DNA from: Eledone cirrhosa
Lineage: Eukaryota
Length of the DNA stretch: 64,000 nt
Assembly (NCBI GenBank): GCA_964016885.1
Contig: OZ024742.1
Span: 148,056,001-148,120,000, forward strand
Reading direction: 5' to 3'
Made by a program: the position numbers and the translations under genes
In this document: positions 1 through 12,316 of the stretch, piece by piece
Numbering within the stretch: the first letter of the stretch is position 1
How the letters are laid out: each line of letters opens with the position of its first letter
Notes under the pieces: model-generated
What the model was told of the DNA's origin: nothing
Database searches by the model: none
What the model saw: only the letters and a program-made list of their open reading frames with translations

Positions 1-322
1 CTTCCATCATCCTTTTGAGAAACGTGGAACAACCACGTCTATGCAATGATACACGTTTTACAGTCAGGCAGAAGATGAACCATCTCCTAGAGGTCACTAT
101 TCTAGGTGGGAGCACCTAGAATTGGTCATATACTATGCACAAACGGTACAACGAAGAATCTGGTATATCTGGAAGATTTTTTTTTACTGTTTTCTGCATC
201 ACACAGACACCACAGACTCGCCTCATACTGTAACCAGATAAACATCCAATACAGTCATTTTCTCTTTTACCTGTCTTCTCTTATCATCTGTTTACCCGGG
301 CGAAGCTGGGTACGTCAGCTAG
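1..322 (+). mobile_element. Non-autonomous Helitron 3' part (Pif1 helicase remnant, 3' hairpin, CTAG)
   Basis: Translates as IILLRNVEQPRLCNDTRFTVRQKMNHLLEVTIL, then GAPRIGHILCTNGTTKNLVYLE (Helitron helicase C-terminal motifs). Ends TACCCGGGCGAAGCTGGGTA hairpin + CTAG (319-322) followed by T. Confidence 0.85.
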
Positions 323-820
323 TCTATATATTAATTTCAGCAATGTCAGTATTCTGTGTGTCATAATTCTCGATTATCATTGGTTCATAGGTTTCAAACG
401 ACTCCGCCCACCTCAACGACGCCAAACTTAAATTAATATGCATATTGCCAATGAGGGAGTGAAAGGGGAGAATAAGAAACAGAGAGGCAAAGTGAACGCT
501 GTAACTATTACCATGTGTGCGTGTGTATGTACGTGCGCGTATGTTTATGTATGTGTGCGTGCGTGCAGCGTTCCACAGAAAGTAAAAGCAATTCGACTTT
601 ATCAAACAGTGAACTACAGCGGCGACGGCGTGCAGCCAGGAATGAAGAGAAACGGGCCGAACAGCGCCATCGGAACGTCGAACTTCAGAGGCGAAGACGA
701 GCCGCCATGAATGAAGAGGAGCTGGCTGAACAACGCCAACGAAACACTGGAGCCAAGCAGCGACGGCGTGCTGCGATGGTTGAAGACGAACTGGCTGAGC
801 ATCATCTTTTATATTAATTA
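323..820 (+). mobile_element. Probable Helitron 5' segment with repetitive RepHel-like N-terminus
   Basis: Starts TCTATATA directly after the preceding CTAG. ORF 515-817 has ELQRRRRAA(R/M)NEE repeats like those at Helitron RepHel N-termini. Confidence 0.55.
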
Positions 821-1617
821 TCTATATCTATATCTACATATAATATAAAAGATTGGAACTGCCATCATCCTTTTGAGAAACGTGGAACAACCACGTCTAT
901 GCAATGATACACGTTTTACAGTCAGGCAGAAGATGAACCATAGCCTAGAGCACAGGTTCTCAACCCATTTAGGCCAAACGCCCCCTTTTGTCCCTCGAAA
1001 TCACGAAACGCCCCCCCCCACCCTATTTTTCCATTTTTCAATATACTACTGATTTTGATATCTGTAGATTACTAAAAAATTGATTAACAATATTCCAAAG
1101 ATACCATTGCAAGCAGCTGAGAGTATAAATACATTCCTTGAAAGGAAATATATAAATTTCAAAAAAAGGAACATAAATGTTCTTTTTTATGAATAAGGAC
1201 CAGTTGAATTTGTTATATTCCCACCAGGCGATGCCAACTATTTTGAACATTTATACAAGAACAACTCTGTCTATCCAAAGAGTGCTCTTATCTGGAAGAA
1301 AGTGGCAATTATATCATTTCAAAGCTTTCCAATTTTCCCTTTAATGAAACAGACAGAATAAATGTTGATATCTAACTTGATGTCCCCTCTGCTTTGTGAG
1401 CTTAGAGACCACGGAAGAGGGTTTTCATGACCACGCGGGACGGTATATTTATTAGTAAATGGTAAAATATATACAACAAATGAGTAAGTGAATTGTGGTA
1501 GATAGTTTCCAGTCCAGTCAGACTGCAACTACAAATAAAAAAAATTGTTAGTTTGCTTTGTAACAATAGCATATCTAAGTTTTCGGATAAATCAACTTAC
1601 TTTAACTTTGACCTCAT

Positions 1618-2680
1618 TTCAATGGGACCCTTGAACTTTATGGAGTCTAGCTAACTCTTTGACGTCAGGCTGGATTTTTCGTAAGATGTAGCCGGAGATC
1701 TCCACATGTAATTACATTGTAGCGGTTGCAAGCCTTACTGTGAAGTCTGGAAACAGCACCAAACCTCCTCTTGACTAAGTATGAGCTTGGAAAAGGCAGA
1801 GCAAATCTCTTAGCCTCTGCATGTAGGTGTGGAAATCGACGCTGAATTTCCTCTTGCATCCAAAAAAGGGGTTCACCTATTTTGGGAAATCTAATTTTGA
1901 TCATGTCATCTGCTTGAAGTTCAATGAATTCTTCCTGAAATATAACGTCCAAATCATCGACGTTAGCTGTGAAGGGATCTGCTACCCACATTGGGATGTC
2001 CATCGGCAAAAGGTCAACAAACCGTTCTCTCATGTTGTCTTGTAGCGCACGGAGGTGAGCGGTATAAATTTGGAGTTGGTCATCGCTTACAATGTTTTGA
2101 ACATTGGCGACACTAGGAAAATTATAGAATTCCCGTCAACAAAGATTCCTTTCGATGACATTCAATTTGGCCAGGAATGTTTTCACAACATTCCTTGATT
2201 TAAGCAAGGTGATCTTCTGCAAAGCCAAAATGACGCTATTGCATTTGTCGACGATGTCGGTGAGGTTGTCGCAGTTTTGCCTCACATCGAGGGTTTTCTT
2301 GTACAGTTCTGTGTTGCGTCCTCGCAGAAACTCAATGATAGAGTCAAACAGTTCAAAAAAGTGAGTAAGGCACTTGCCCTTTGAAAGCCACCTCACTTCA
2401 TTATGAAGGAGCAACTTGACGAATTCTTCGTCATTATCTTGGCACAGTTGCCGGAAAATTCGTTCATTGAGGGAATGCCGTTTGATAAAATTGATGACAT
2501 CAAGGGCCACCTGCAAGGACTTGCTCAGTGGCTTGCTGAGTTTCTTCACATCCAAGTGTTGTCGATGAATGACACAATGAACAACAAATACAGATAGATT
2601 TTCTCTCTTCAGAAGAGTGACGAAACCCTTATGTTGGCCGACCATTGCTCTAGCGTCGTCCGTAGCACATGATACAATAT
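1618..2680 (-). pseudogene. Buster-type hAT transposase C-terminal half (ZBED5/SCAND3-like), frameshifted
   Basis: ORFs 2136-2645 (HCVIHRQHL, LLHNEVRWLSKG) and 1665-2033 (W..DPF, LPFPSSYLV..RF, GDLRLHLT) are hAT/Buster motifs. The N-terminal half is missing. Confidence 0.9.
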
Positions 2681-3205
2681 GTGTGTTGTATTTGGTCCTA
2701 TATGTATGTATTACCTGCTTGTGTGTTGTAGGTAGTCATAGATGTATGTATTACCTGCTTATGTATTGCATGTGGTCCTAGATGTATGTATTACCTGAAT
2801 ATGTGTTGTATGTGGTCCTAGATGTTTGTATTACCTGATTATGTGTTGTATGTGGCCCTAGATGTTTGTATCACCTGCTTATGTGTTGTATGTGGTCCTA
2901 AATGTATGTATTACTTGCCTGTGTGTTGTATGTGGTCCTAGATGTGTGTGCTACCTCCTTATGTGTTGTATGTAGTCCTAGATGTGTGTATTACCTGCTT
3001 ATGTGTTGTATGTGGTCCTAGATGTATGTATTACCTGCTTATGTGTTGTATGTGGTCCTAGATGTGTGTATTATCTGATTATGTGTTGTATGTGGTCCTA
3101 GATGTATGTATTACCTGCTTATGTGTTGTATGTGGTCCTAGATGTGTGTATTATCTGGTTATGTGTTGTATGTGGTCCTAGATGTGTATGCTACCCGCTT
3201 CTGTG
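2680..3205. repeat. 40-bp minisatellite, about 13 copies
   Basis: Unit ATGTGTTGTATGTGGTCCTAGATGTATGTATTACCTGCTT repeated in tandem inside the hAT element. Confidence 0.95.
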
Positions 3206-3959
3206 TTTTTTTTCTTTTTTTTCTTTGTAATATTATTTATACAATAGGAAATAAAATAGATCTACATAGTGTTAACTCGTTACGGTTGAGTCAATAATTT
3301 CAGACATGAAATACATTGTTATCGGTGAAGGAAAGATAAGATTCTAACTGGCTGCGCTTGAAGTGTCCTTCACCCAGTTGACTGTGGGTTTTTCCATTGT
3401 TAGGATTTCAATTACCGGTTAATGTCTAAACACGCTTGCACACCTGCTCACAGCTGCGGTCAGACCATAGTTATGCTGTCTGCATGCTCATTTAAATGCA
3501 TTCACACTGGCTGTCTCAAAGACATACAAATATGGCTTATGAAACTTACCAAAGTAAAGAGCCTTCCAGTGCACTCCAAAGCTCCAAACTCCCCCCTAAT
3601 GCCCCCTTGCTCCCAAACGCCCCCCCCCCCAGGATTTCCGAAACGCCCTCTGGGAGTGCATATGCGCCCCGTTGAGAACCTTTGACCTAGAGGTCACTAT
3701 TCTAGGTGGGAGCACCTAGAATTGTTCATATACTATGTACAAACGGTACAACGAAGAATCTGGTATATCTGGAACATTTTATTTTACTGTTTTTTGTATC
3801 ACACAGACACCACGGACTCGCCTCATACTGTAACCAGACAAACATCCAACACAGTCGTTTTCTCTTTTACCTGTCTTCTCTATCATCTGTTTACCCGGGC
3901 GAAGCTGGGTACGTCAGCTAGTATTTAATTATTGTTGATTTCAATAACATCTGTAATTT

Positions 3960-4530
3960 ATTTACATTATTCTTAACTCTGAAGCAGAGAATCATTCGGT
4001 TTCCTAAATAGAATTTTAGTCTACGACTTCAGTTATACCATAAACGTGGTTTTGTCTTTGCGTGTAATTGTTCTCATCGATCCACATAATGACGTATTAT
4101 CTTCGTTTTTTTCCGTTCATTGCCAGGGAACGTCTCCACGAACCACCTAATAGAATATTAGTCTACAACTTCATTTATACCATGAACGTGGTTTTGTCTT
4201 TGCGTGTAATTGTTTTCACCGCTCCAAATAATGACGTATTATCTTCGTTTTTTTTTTCGTTCTTTGCCAGGGAACGTTTCCATGAACCAAAGTATCGTCT
4301 TCCTGTCTTCCTTCGGTTGCAACGTTTTTCGAAATATTTACTTCTGCGTTTACAGATTGATTTATTTAGTTTCAGAAGATCCCGTTAAGGGTGAAAGCAG
4401 CGATTCTTTGCTTAGACTTTAATCTGTTATTTTAATAAATATTTGCTCTACGGTTCTTATATATTTGATATATATTTATCCTTATCGAGCCCTCTTTGGA
4501 TTTTTGTCTTCAAATTTATTATTATTACTA
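3960..4530 (+). mobile_element. Penelope-like pseudo-LTR / terminal repeat
   Basis: Reverse complement of 46260-46735 (3' end of the Penelope copy at 46-48 kb) and of 4735-4950. Has an internal tandem duplication (~4013-4140 vs ~4152-4290). Confidence 0.75.
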
Positions 4531-4952
4531 TATATATATATATATATATACAATACATAAACAGAGAAAGCCTTAAGCGATACTCCGACCAACTCCATCT
4601 CACTCAACAAACATTAGGATATACTTAAGTATTATCCCAATTTAGTGTTTGGGGTGCTAACTAATCAGTATTTCATGGATAATTGGTTGTATTATTTTAT
4701 ATGAGACATTATTAAATAAATATGTCATATATATATATTTATTAAAATAACAGATTAAAGTTTAAGCAAAGGATCGCTGCTTTCACCCTTAACAGGATCT
4801 TCTGAAACTAAAAAGTCAATCTGTGAACGCAGAAGTAAATATTTCAAAAAACGTTGCAACCGGAGGAAGATAGGAAGACGATCCTTTGGTTCGTGGAAAC
4901 GTTCCCTGGCAAAGAACGGGAAAAAACGAAGATAATACGTCATTATTTGGAG

Positions 4953-5063
4953 AGTTCAAATCCCGCCGAGGTTGACTTTGCCTTTCATCCTTACGGGGTC
5001 GATAAAATAAAGTACCAGCAATGCACTGGGATAATTGCTGGCCTTGTGCCTAAAGTAGAAACA
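4953..5063 (+). mobile_element. 5'-truncated tRNA-derived SINE
   Basis: SINE core and tail flanked by 11-bp TSD ATTATTTGGAG (4942-4952, 5064-5074). Confidence 0.9.
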
Positions 5064-5099
5064 ATTATTTGGAGCGGTGAAAAACGGCTAGGTAGTTTT

Positions 5100-5660
5100 A
5101 GAAATACCATTAAAATTTCTTACTCTACGACTCCTAACCTTGCACATAACATCACAGCTTCAAATTTAGCTAAACTACCTAGCCCTAGGAACACGTGCAA
5201 CTCTGTAGCTAGTACTAACTGTAATTGTAGGAATCGGGTTGACTGCCCCCTATCCGGGAAATGCCTCTCTAGTAACATTGTCTACAAAAGTAAGGTTGAA
5301 ACATCCACGTCCCGTAGGGCCTACATAGGGTTAACCGCCAATAGATTCAAGCAGCGTCTTTACATGCATACCCATTCTTTTCTTAACCCTTTAAGAAGGA
5401 ATATCACGTCACTTTCAGCTTATATCTGGAGTCTAAAAGATAACCACACCCAATATAAGTTACACTGGGAGATCCTAGCTAAGGCTGGATCGTATAACGG
5501 AAATAAAAGACCATGTGACCTCTGCTCTGCTGAGGCCCTGGAACTACTCTACGCCAAAGACTACATCTTAAACAAAAAATCTGAGGCAATTTCGGCTTGT
5601 AAACATAAATTGTACAAAACTTTCCTGTATTACAGCCCCACATTATACCCTAACGGATAG
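5100..5660 (+). pseudogene. Penelope GIY-YIG endonuclease domain remnant
   Basis: RNTIKISYS..PNL, CNCR...CPL.GKCL..NIVY, YIGLTANRFKQRLY.H, T.LS.YIW.LKD, CDLC..E, LNKKSE...CKH. The annotated ORF start (4854) is read-through of pLTR and SINE sequence. Confidence 0.9.
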
Positions 5661-5949
5661 TACGAACTATACGCGGATATTTTACGTCTTGATGTGGTAG
5701 CTAAGTATATGTTACGTTTATACCATTACTTATTTGTATAGGTAAGTATATATTACCTGTATGTTTTGTGAAGGTACGTATACTTTCTCGTACGTATATT
5801 TGATTGTATATGTTATGGCGTATATATTATATATTCTGGTACATATGCATTTGGTTATGTGTATACCCGAGTTTTGCGTCTGTGTGAGTATGCGGGTTCG
5901 TACGTATGTAGGGTGTGTGTATATGTGTACTTTGTGTTTTCAAAAGAAA

Positions 5950-6009
<60 letters not shown>

Positions 6010-6016
6010 GTGTATA

Positions 6017-6089
<73 letters not shown>

Positions 6090-6335
6090 TACATACATAT
6101 TACAAGCACATATGTATAAACCCAACAAATATCTTTGCTCTTATTTATTATTATATATATAGATATCCTGGTAAACAAACGCCAGCCAACGTCAACTAAC
6201 GTCTCTCTTTGTCTCTCTCTCTTTCTTTTTCCTTTCTCTCTATTTCTCTTGCTCTATTTTCTTTCTTCTTTTGTGCGTATGATTGTAAGTACATGTGCAT
6301 ACATGTGTACCTATGTTTTCAGACTCTCTCTCTCC

Positions 6336-6426
<91 letters not shown>

Positions 6427-7019
6427 TAATAATAATACATTTGAAGACTAAAATCCAAAGAGGGCTCGATAAGGATAAATATATATCAAATATATATTAA
6501 TAAATATATATCAAATATATATCAAATAAATATATATCAAATATATATTAATAAATATATATCAAATAAATATATATCAAATATATATATTAATAAATGG
6601 AAACTATATTTATAAAACCATATTTATTTTATTATACATATTTCAAGGGCAACCAAGGCAAATTATGGTGCGCTTTCATCAGATAAATACAGATTTGTTT
6701 TATAAATATATATTGACATACCCGGGGAAAAAGAAAACCTTAACGGTTGGCGCTTCCTTGATACAAATTTATGAGTGAGTATGCAAATGAGTGTCCGAAA
6801 GGTTGAAAAGATAACGGTTTATTTAAATTAAACTGTTGGATGAAGGTGATATGTAAGGGAGAGAGAGAAAATGAAAAAAAGAAAAAAAGAAAGGAGAAAG
6901 ATAGAAGAGGAAAGAAAGAACGATTATATATATTGATAGTGGAAATTTCAAAGGATAAATATACACAGCGTAAGTATATCTAAGTGAGAGAAGAGATGAG
7001 AATAACGTGGAAGAATAAT

Positions 7020-7216
7020 TGTTTCTACTATTGGCACAAGGCCAGCAATTACTCAGTACATTACTGGTACTTTATTTTATCGACCTCGTAAGGATGAAAG
7101 GCAAAGTTAACCTCGGCGCGATTTGAACTCAGAATGGCAAGGGCCGTAACTCTATGCGTCAAAGCATGGCGTCCGACCCTCTACCAATCCTGCCAGTTCA
7201 CCGCCCTTGGTTCACC
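7020..7216 (-). mobile_element. Full-length tRNA-derived SINE
   Basis: A-box-like TGGCAGGATTGG and B-box GAGTTCAAATC; 16-bp TSD AACGTGGAAGAATAAT (7004-7019, 7217-7232). Confidence 0.92.
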
Positions 7217-7438
7217 AACGTGGAAGAATAATATTTATAATGCAGGATTCATTACGTTTTAATTATAATACTTATAATGATAGGTTGAAAAATTAGAGTA
7301 AAATTAAATTAAAATAAAAAAATTAGAAATCCAAATTAAAGATTAGAATTTACCTTAATATTAAAGATTTAATTTAATAATTTAATATTACTAATTAGTT
7401 TAAATCTGTATGTTAAGGATTATAAATTATTTAAATAA

Positions 7439-7511
<73 letters not shown>

Positions 7512-8154
7512 GTATTTTACATTAGAGCAAATCTAGTATAGTTTATTTTATTAAAAGTTGTAAGTCAAAAATTTAAACATCCAAATAATTCTAAATTTAT
7601 GAAAAATTTACGAGAGTTTACAAAGGAATAACCCCTTAGTTATATTATAAAAACAGTAAGGAAGTGTAAAGGAAGTTAGAAGTGAATTTTTAAGAATGAT
7701 TAAATGATTTAAGATGATTAAATGTTATAAAGTTAAAAAGTTAAACATTTTTTTATCTTAAGAATATAATTAAAACATGAACCATATGTTATTTTTTACC
7801 AAGTCATAAATTTACTTGCTATAAAGTTAAAACATTTAAACAAATTTATCTTAAGAATATATTTAAAGCATAAACCATATAGGTTATTCCACATATATAT
7901 AAAAAACCTATATATAAAAATCATGTTTTTCCACATATATATAAACATTTGGATATATATAACGTTTGAAGATATAAAAATATAAAAATTTAAAAATATA
8001 AAAATATTGGAAAGTATGAAAATAATGGTTTTTCTATATCCTTCAAAGGAATTTTCTTAAAACCTTTCGTAAGTTTTTCAAGAAAAATTTTCCTTAAAGG
8101 AGTTTCAAGCAGTCATATAAATTTTTTTTATAATCTATCGATAGGTGTAATAAT

Positions 8155-8348
8155 TGTTTCTACATTTGGCACAAGGCCAGCAATTACCCAGTGCATTACT
8201 GGTACTTTATTTTATCGACCCCGTAAGGAGGAAAGGCAAAGTTAACCTCGGCGGGATTTGAACTCAGATCATAAAGGGACGTAACTCTATGCTTCAAAGC
8301 ATGGTGTCCGACTCTCTACCGATACTGCCAATCCACCGCCCTATCCAC
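8155..8348 (-). mobile_element. Full-length tRNA-derived SINE
   Basis: Same family; 20-bp TSD CTATCGATAGGTGTAATAAT (8135-8154, 8349-8368). Confidence 0.92.
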
Positions 8349-8674
8349 CTATCGATAGGTGTAATAATATAAAGTATATAGTATATACTTACGCTGTGTA
8401 TATTTATCCTTTGAAATTTTCACTATCAATATATATAATCGTTCTTTCTTTCCTCTTCTATCTTTCTCCTTTCTTTTTTCTTTTTTTCTTTTTCTCTCTC
8501 TCCCTTACATATCACCTTCATCCAACAGTTTAATTTAAATAAACCGTTATCTTTTCAACCTTTCGGACACTCATTTGCATACTCACTCATAAATTTGTAT
8601 CAAGGAAGCGCCAACCGTTAAGGTTTTCTTTTTCCCCGGGTATGTCAATATTTATTTATAAAACAAATCTGTAT

Positions 8675-8730
8675 TTTATCTGATGAATGTGCACCATAAT
8701 TTGCCTTGGTTGCCCTTGAAATATGTATAA
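8675..8730 (+). ncRNA. Hammerhead-like core in pLTR (inverted copy at 6632-6688)
   Basis: CTGATGA (8680-8686), imperfect stem II, GAAA (8718-8721), then TATGTA. The stem I register is imperfect. Confidence 0.45.
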
Positions 8731-8880
8731 TAAAATAAATATGGTTTTATAAATATAGTTTCCATTTATTAATATATTGTGTAATTATTCCACACATCTG
8801 TTGAGTGCTTTATATCAGTTATAAATTTTTTTAAGCTTGTTGAATCCCAACAAATTAAATATAACCTCTGCATATATATA

Positions 8881-9048
8881 TTAATTATAAGAAACCAGTG
8901 AAATGTGAGAGAAGAGAAGACTTCTGAGCTCATAGAAAGTTCTTTTTAATTATTTTCTATTTTTGTTCGTTAACAAAAGATTTTGTACTCCTCTGTTGTC
9001 GATGTTATTGACTTTAAATAAACATAGCCTTAACCTTGATATACGAGT

Positions 9049-9089
<41 letters not shown>

Positions 9090-9108
9090 TCTATTTTGTA
9101 TATATATA

Positions 9109-9140
<32 letters not shown>

Positions 9141-9171
9141 CACACACACACATATATATATACAAAATAGA

Positions 9172-9238
<67 letters not shown>

Positions 9239-9313
9239 ACTCGTATAAAAAGAACTTTCTATGAGCTCAGAAGTCTTCTCTTCTGTCACATTTCACTGGT
9301 TTCTCATAATTAA
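8881..9313. repeat. Foldback (long imperfect palindrome)
   Basis: 8881-8946 pairs with 9247-9313. 9040-9120 pairs with 9140-9246, including (CT)n/(AG)n and (TG)n/(CA)n tracts. Confidence 0.9.
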
Positions 9314-10019
9314 AGAAACGCAGGCGACATTTGGTGACCTAGTTTTCGTTATAAATTACTGCACAGCACATTATAAATATATTTCCTCCTTCATAAATCA
9401 GTTGCCATGTCAACAATAGGAATTGTCGTTTATTTAAAAATAATTTGAATGCTTTCTCGCAAAACTAATCCATTCACGCATAGAAAAGAAAAGAAACCGA
9501 TTCAACCAATGAACGAAGATAGAACTATCAGCAAAGATAAGAGTTTCGGCGAAAATGCATTATCTAACATCATCAAGATTTCCATTGGCCCTCATTTGCA
9601 ACTACGGCACGTATCTCTTCCTTTCACTGTTAATAATAGATTGAACACACACACACACATACATACACATACACACACGGACACACACGGACACACACGG
9701 ACACACACACAGACACAGACACACACGGACACACACACAGACACAGACACAGACACACAGACACACATTCACACACACATTCACATACCGGCGGACACAA
9801 AATTAATGACAAGAGAGAGGTCGATCCCCGATTTTTTATTTTTCATTTTGCAAGAGAATAGACTGGGTATTGGCCATACCAATCCTTGCAGTCTAGGAAG
9901 ACTAGCAAAGGTTATGGGATTTCTCTCTCCTACGTTGACTAACCTATTAACACAAATATATCCTGCTGGACTAATGATGATTTCTAATTTAGACACAGGA
10001 TCAACAATTTAGGGAAAGG

Positions 10020-10730
10020 GAAGAGTCTATTAAATGTACCCCAACACTTCGAAAGGATGAAAAGTAAACTTGAGCTCAGCGGGATTTGAAACCAGAACGT
10101 AGTTGGACGCAACGAAATACTGCAATGAATTTTACCCTATGCTTTAACGATTTTGAATAATGGTTTCAAATTTTTTGCGCAAGGCCAACAGTTTGAGGGG
10201 AAAGGAAAGTCGACCACCTTTTGTTTTATCGAACCCGGACGGATGAAAGGCAAATTTGAACTCAGAACGTAAAGAGCCGGAATAAATAACACAAGCCATT
10301 TTGATCGACGCTTTAACGATTCTGCTAACCCACCACCCTTATACTGGTGGATAATAATAGCAGTTAAATGATATTATGCAATAAAATAGAGTCGATTGCT
10401 TGATTTTTCCTGATTAGAGATATAAATAAAAGGGGTATTAATCTTGGTTGCTTTGAGAGACGGATAAATAGAAAGTATAACATTTATGACATTCACAATA
10501 GCATAAGCAAAGCGAAGAATTGGCAGAGTCGGATTATCTGCCTTATGGTATTTGTTCCGACTCTCTACTCCGAGTTCAAATCCACCGAGGTCAGCTTTAT
10601 CGTCCATCCTTTCGGAGTAGATAAATAAAGTACCAGTCCAGGTTGGTGGATTGATCAAATTGTTTGAACATCGAACAGGATGCTTTGCGGTATTTGCTAC
10701 GGCGCTACATGTTCCGAGTTCAATCGCGCT
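10020..10730. mobile_element. Cluster of old, diverged SINE copies in both orientations
   Basis: Degenerate GGATGAAAGGCAAA / GAGTTCAAATCC motifs at ~10055, ~10240, ~10570 and ~10715. Confidence 0.7.
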
Positions 10731-11304
10731 TCCTATCACTGGAAATATGGTGACATGATATATCACAGGATTTATACATTGCAGTATTCAATGACTTTCT
10801 CGTCGATTTCTGTCTGAGTCAAAATCCTTGCCTGTGTCTAGAGTATTTTCTTTTCTTTTCTTTTCTTTTCTTTTCTTTTCTTTGAAGAATCTGATTTCAG
10901 GGAGATTTGGCTGCTACTTCTAGTAGGGTTGATCTGAGGATAAACAGTAACAACAACAGCAATGACCATATGTACAAATAACACATTGGGAAGATTCGGA
11001 GAGATCACACTGAAAAATAAGTAGAAAAGAAGAAAAAAAAAATAGAAAAAAAAAAATTACGCAGTCGGTAGGTTTTTCTAATAACCGCATACTTAAAATA
11101 TCTTGATTAGCAATAACGCTGTGAGGAAATTAGTTTTGAGTCAGAGTTCTTTCAGAGTGACTGTGGCTGACGAAAAGTGAAACAGCGATTTAGAAAATCA
11201 CGTGTAGTTAGTATATATGAAATCGATTAGGAAGAAGAATGAGAATGTCGACAACGACGGCGGATGGTGATGGTGATGATGATGATGATGATGACGACGA
11301 CAAC

Positions 11305-11345
<41 letters not shown>

Positions 11346-12137
11346 CAAGGATGAAAGCTAGTAAGAAAAAAAGAGATGGAGTGGTGGTGGTGGTGGTGGT
11401 GGTGTCATTATTGGTGACGTGGTGGCGTGGTCATGGTGACATTGGTATTAAATGTGGTGCTAATAGTGTGATAGTCATATAATAGTGTTAATAGTAGCAG
11501 AGCTGACGGGGAGGGAAGGGGAGGGGGGGGGGGGGGGCATAGAAAAAATGGGGTGGGGGTGTAGCATAGTTATGATGATGTTTTGCTGTTGTTATTGTTG
11601 TTGATACTATTGTTATTGTTGTTTCCTCCTGATCGAAACGGACCTATTAAAGACATTCCAGGCGTGACCATCTTGTCTTCTTATGAGTATTTAGAAATAC
11701 ATTATCAAACATGTCCTCCTTTTCTTTGTAAGAAGTTTGAGTGATTTTGAGGAATTTGGCTGCTATTTTTTAGCACGTTGAAGGACACACGTTGATTTTG
11801 TACGTGAAGGCGAATGGAAGTGAGGTATTGGCAAAGTCGATCACTGTATTGATAAAGGTGATGATGTTGGTGTCGGAGTCGAAAAAAAAATATTATTAGC
11901 AAATATAAGAAGTAAAACATATTAGATCATATATATATATATATGTATTTAAAAAAACAATATTATTAAACAAAAACATAAGCACAAACGAATGAAACTA
12001 ATACTGATGTAAAAACTAAAGAAAACAAAAAAATTAAAACCCAAAAGGTATCATATTTTGATATAAAAAATACATTTAAAAATAACATCAAAATATTTTG
12101 CGTGTGATATCAGGATATCAATATTAAATATAAAGGG

Positions 12138-12316
12138 TGGATTGGCAGGATCGGTGGAGGGTCGGACGCCATGCTTTCCAGCATAGTTACGTCCCTTTAC
12201 GATCTGAGTTCAAATCCCGCCGAGGTTGACTTTGCCTTTCATCCTTACGGGGTCGATAAAATAAAGTACCAGTAATGCACTGGGTAAGTGCTGGCCTTGT
12301 GCCTAAAGTAGAAACA
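12138..12316 (+). mobile_element. tRNA-derived SINE
   Basis: Near full length; TSD AATATTAAATATAAAGGG on both sides. Confidence 0.92.

Larger units (their letters stand above)
951..3684 (-). mobile_element. hAT DNA transposon, Buster/Charlie type
   Basis: 14-bp TIRs CACAGGTTCTCAAC / GTTGAGAACCTTTG; 8-bp TSD gCCTAGAG (943-950) / aCCTAGAG (3685-3692) with central TA; subterminal AAACGCCCC repeats; internal transposase remnant. Confidence 0.92.
821..3921 (+). mobile_element. Non-autonomous Helitron (same family as 1-322) interrupted by a hAT insertion
   Basis: TC-start; 862-950 and 3685-3921 join to reproduce 4-322 almost exactly; terminal hairpin + CTAG at 3918-3921. Confidence 0.85.
4735..5940 (+). 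mobile_element. 5'-truncated Penelope-like element: inverted pLTR + GIY-YIG remnant + 3' UTR
   Basis: 4735-5080 is an inverted pLTR, followed by the GIY-YIG coding region. The 3' UTR matches the reverse complement of 47100-47384. Confidence 0.88.
6585..8870 (+). mobile_element. Non-coding Penelope-like element with ~390-bp inverted terminal repeat
   Basis: 6585-6975 is the reverse complement of 8385-8775. The terminus matches the pLTR of the coding element at 52862-55795. The interior is AT-rich with no ORF. Confidence 0.75.

Noticed and set aside
2680-3205. Regular repeats resembling a CRISPR array
   Set aside because: Tandem 40-bp units with no unique spacers, in a eukaryotic context.
4370-4410. 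Hammerhead in the first Penelope family pLTR (CAGAAGA-TCCC-GTTAA-GGGT-GAAA)
   Set aside because: U4 is replaced by A and there is no NUH triplet in register in any of the three copies; at best degenerate.
4854-5100. N-terminal part of the 268-aa ORF as a novel fusion protein
   Set aside because: It reads through an inverted pLTR and a TSD-flanked SINE; the open frame is a chance result.
12138-12230. tRNA genes at A/B-box motifs
   Set aside because: They are SINE heads continuing into core and tail; no cloverleaf could be formed.
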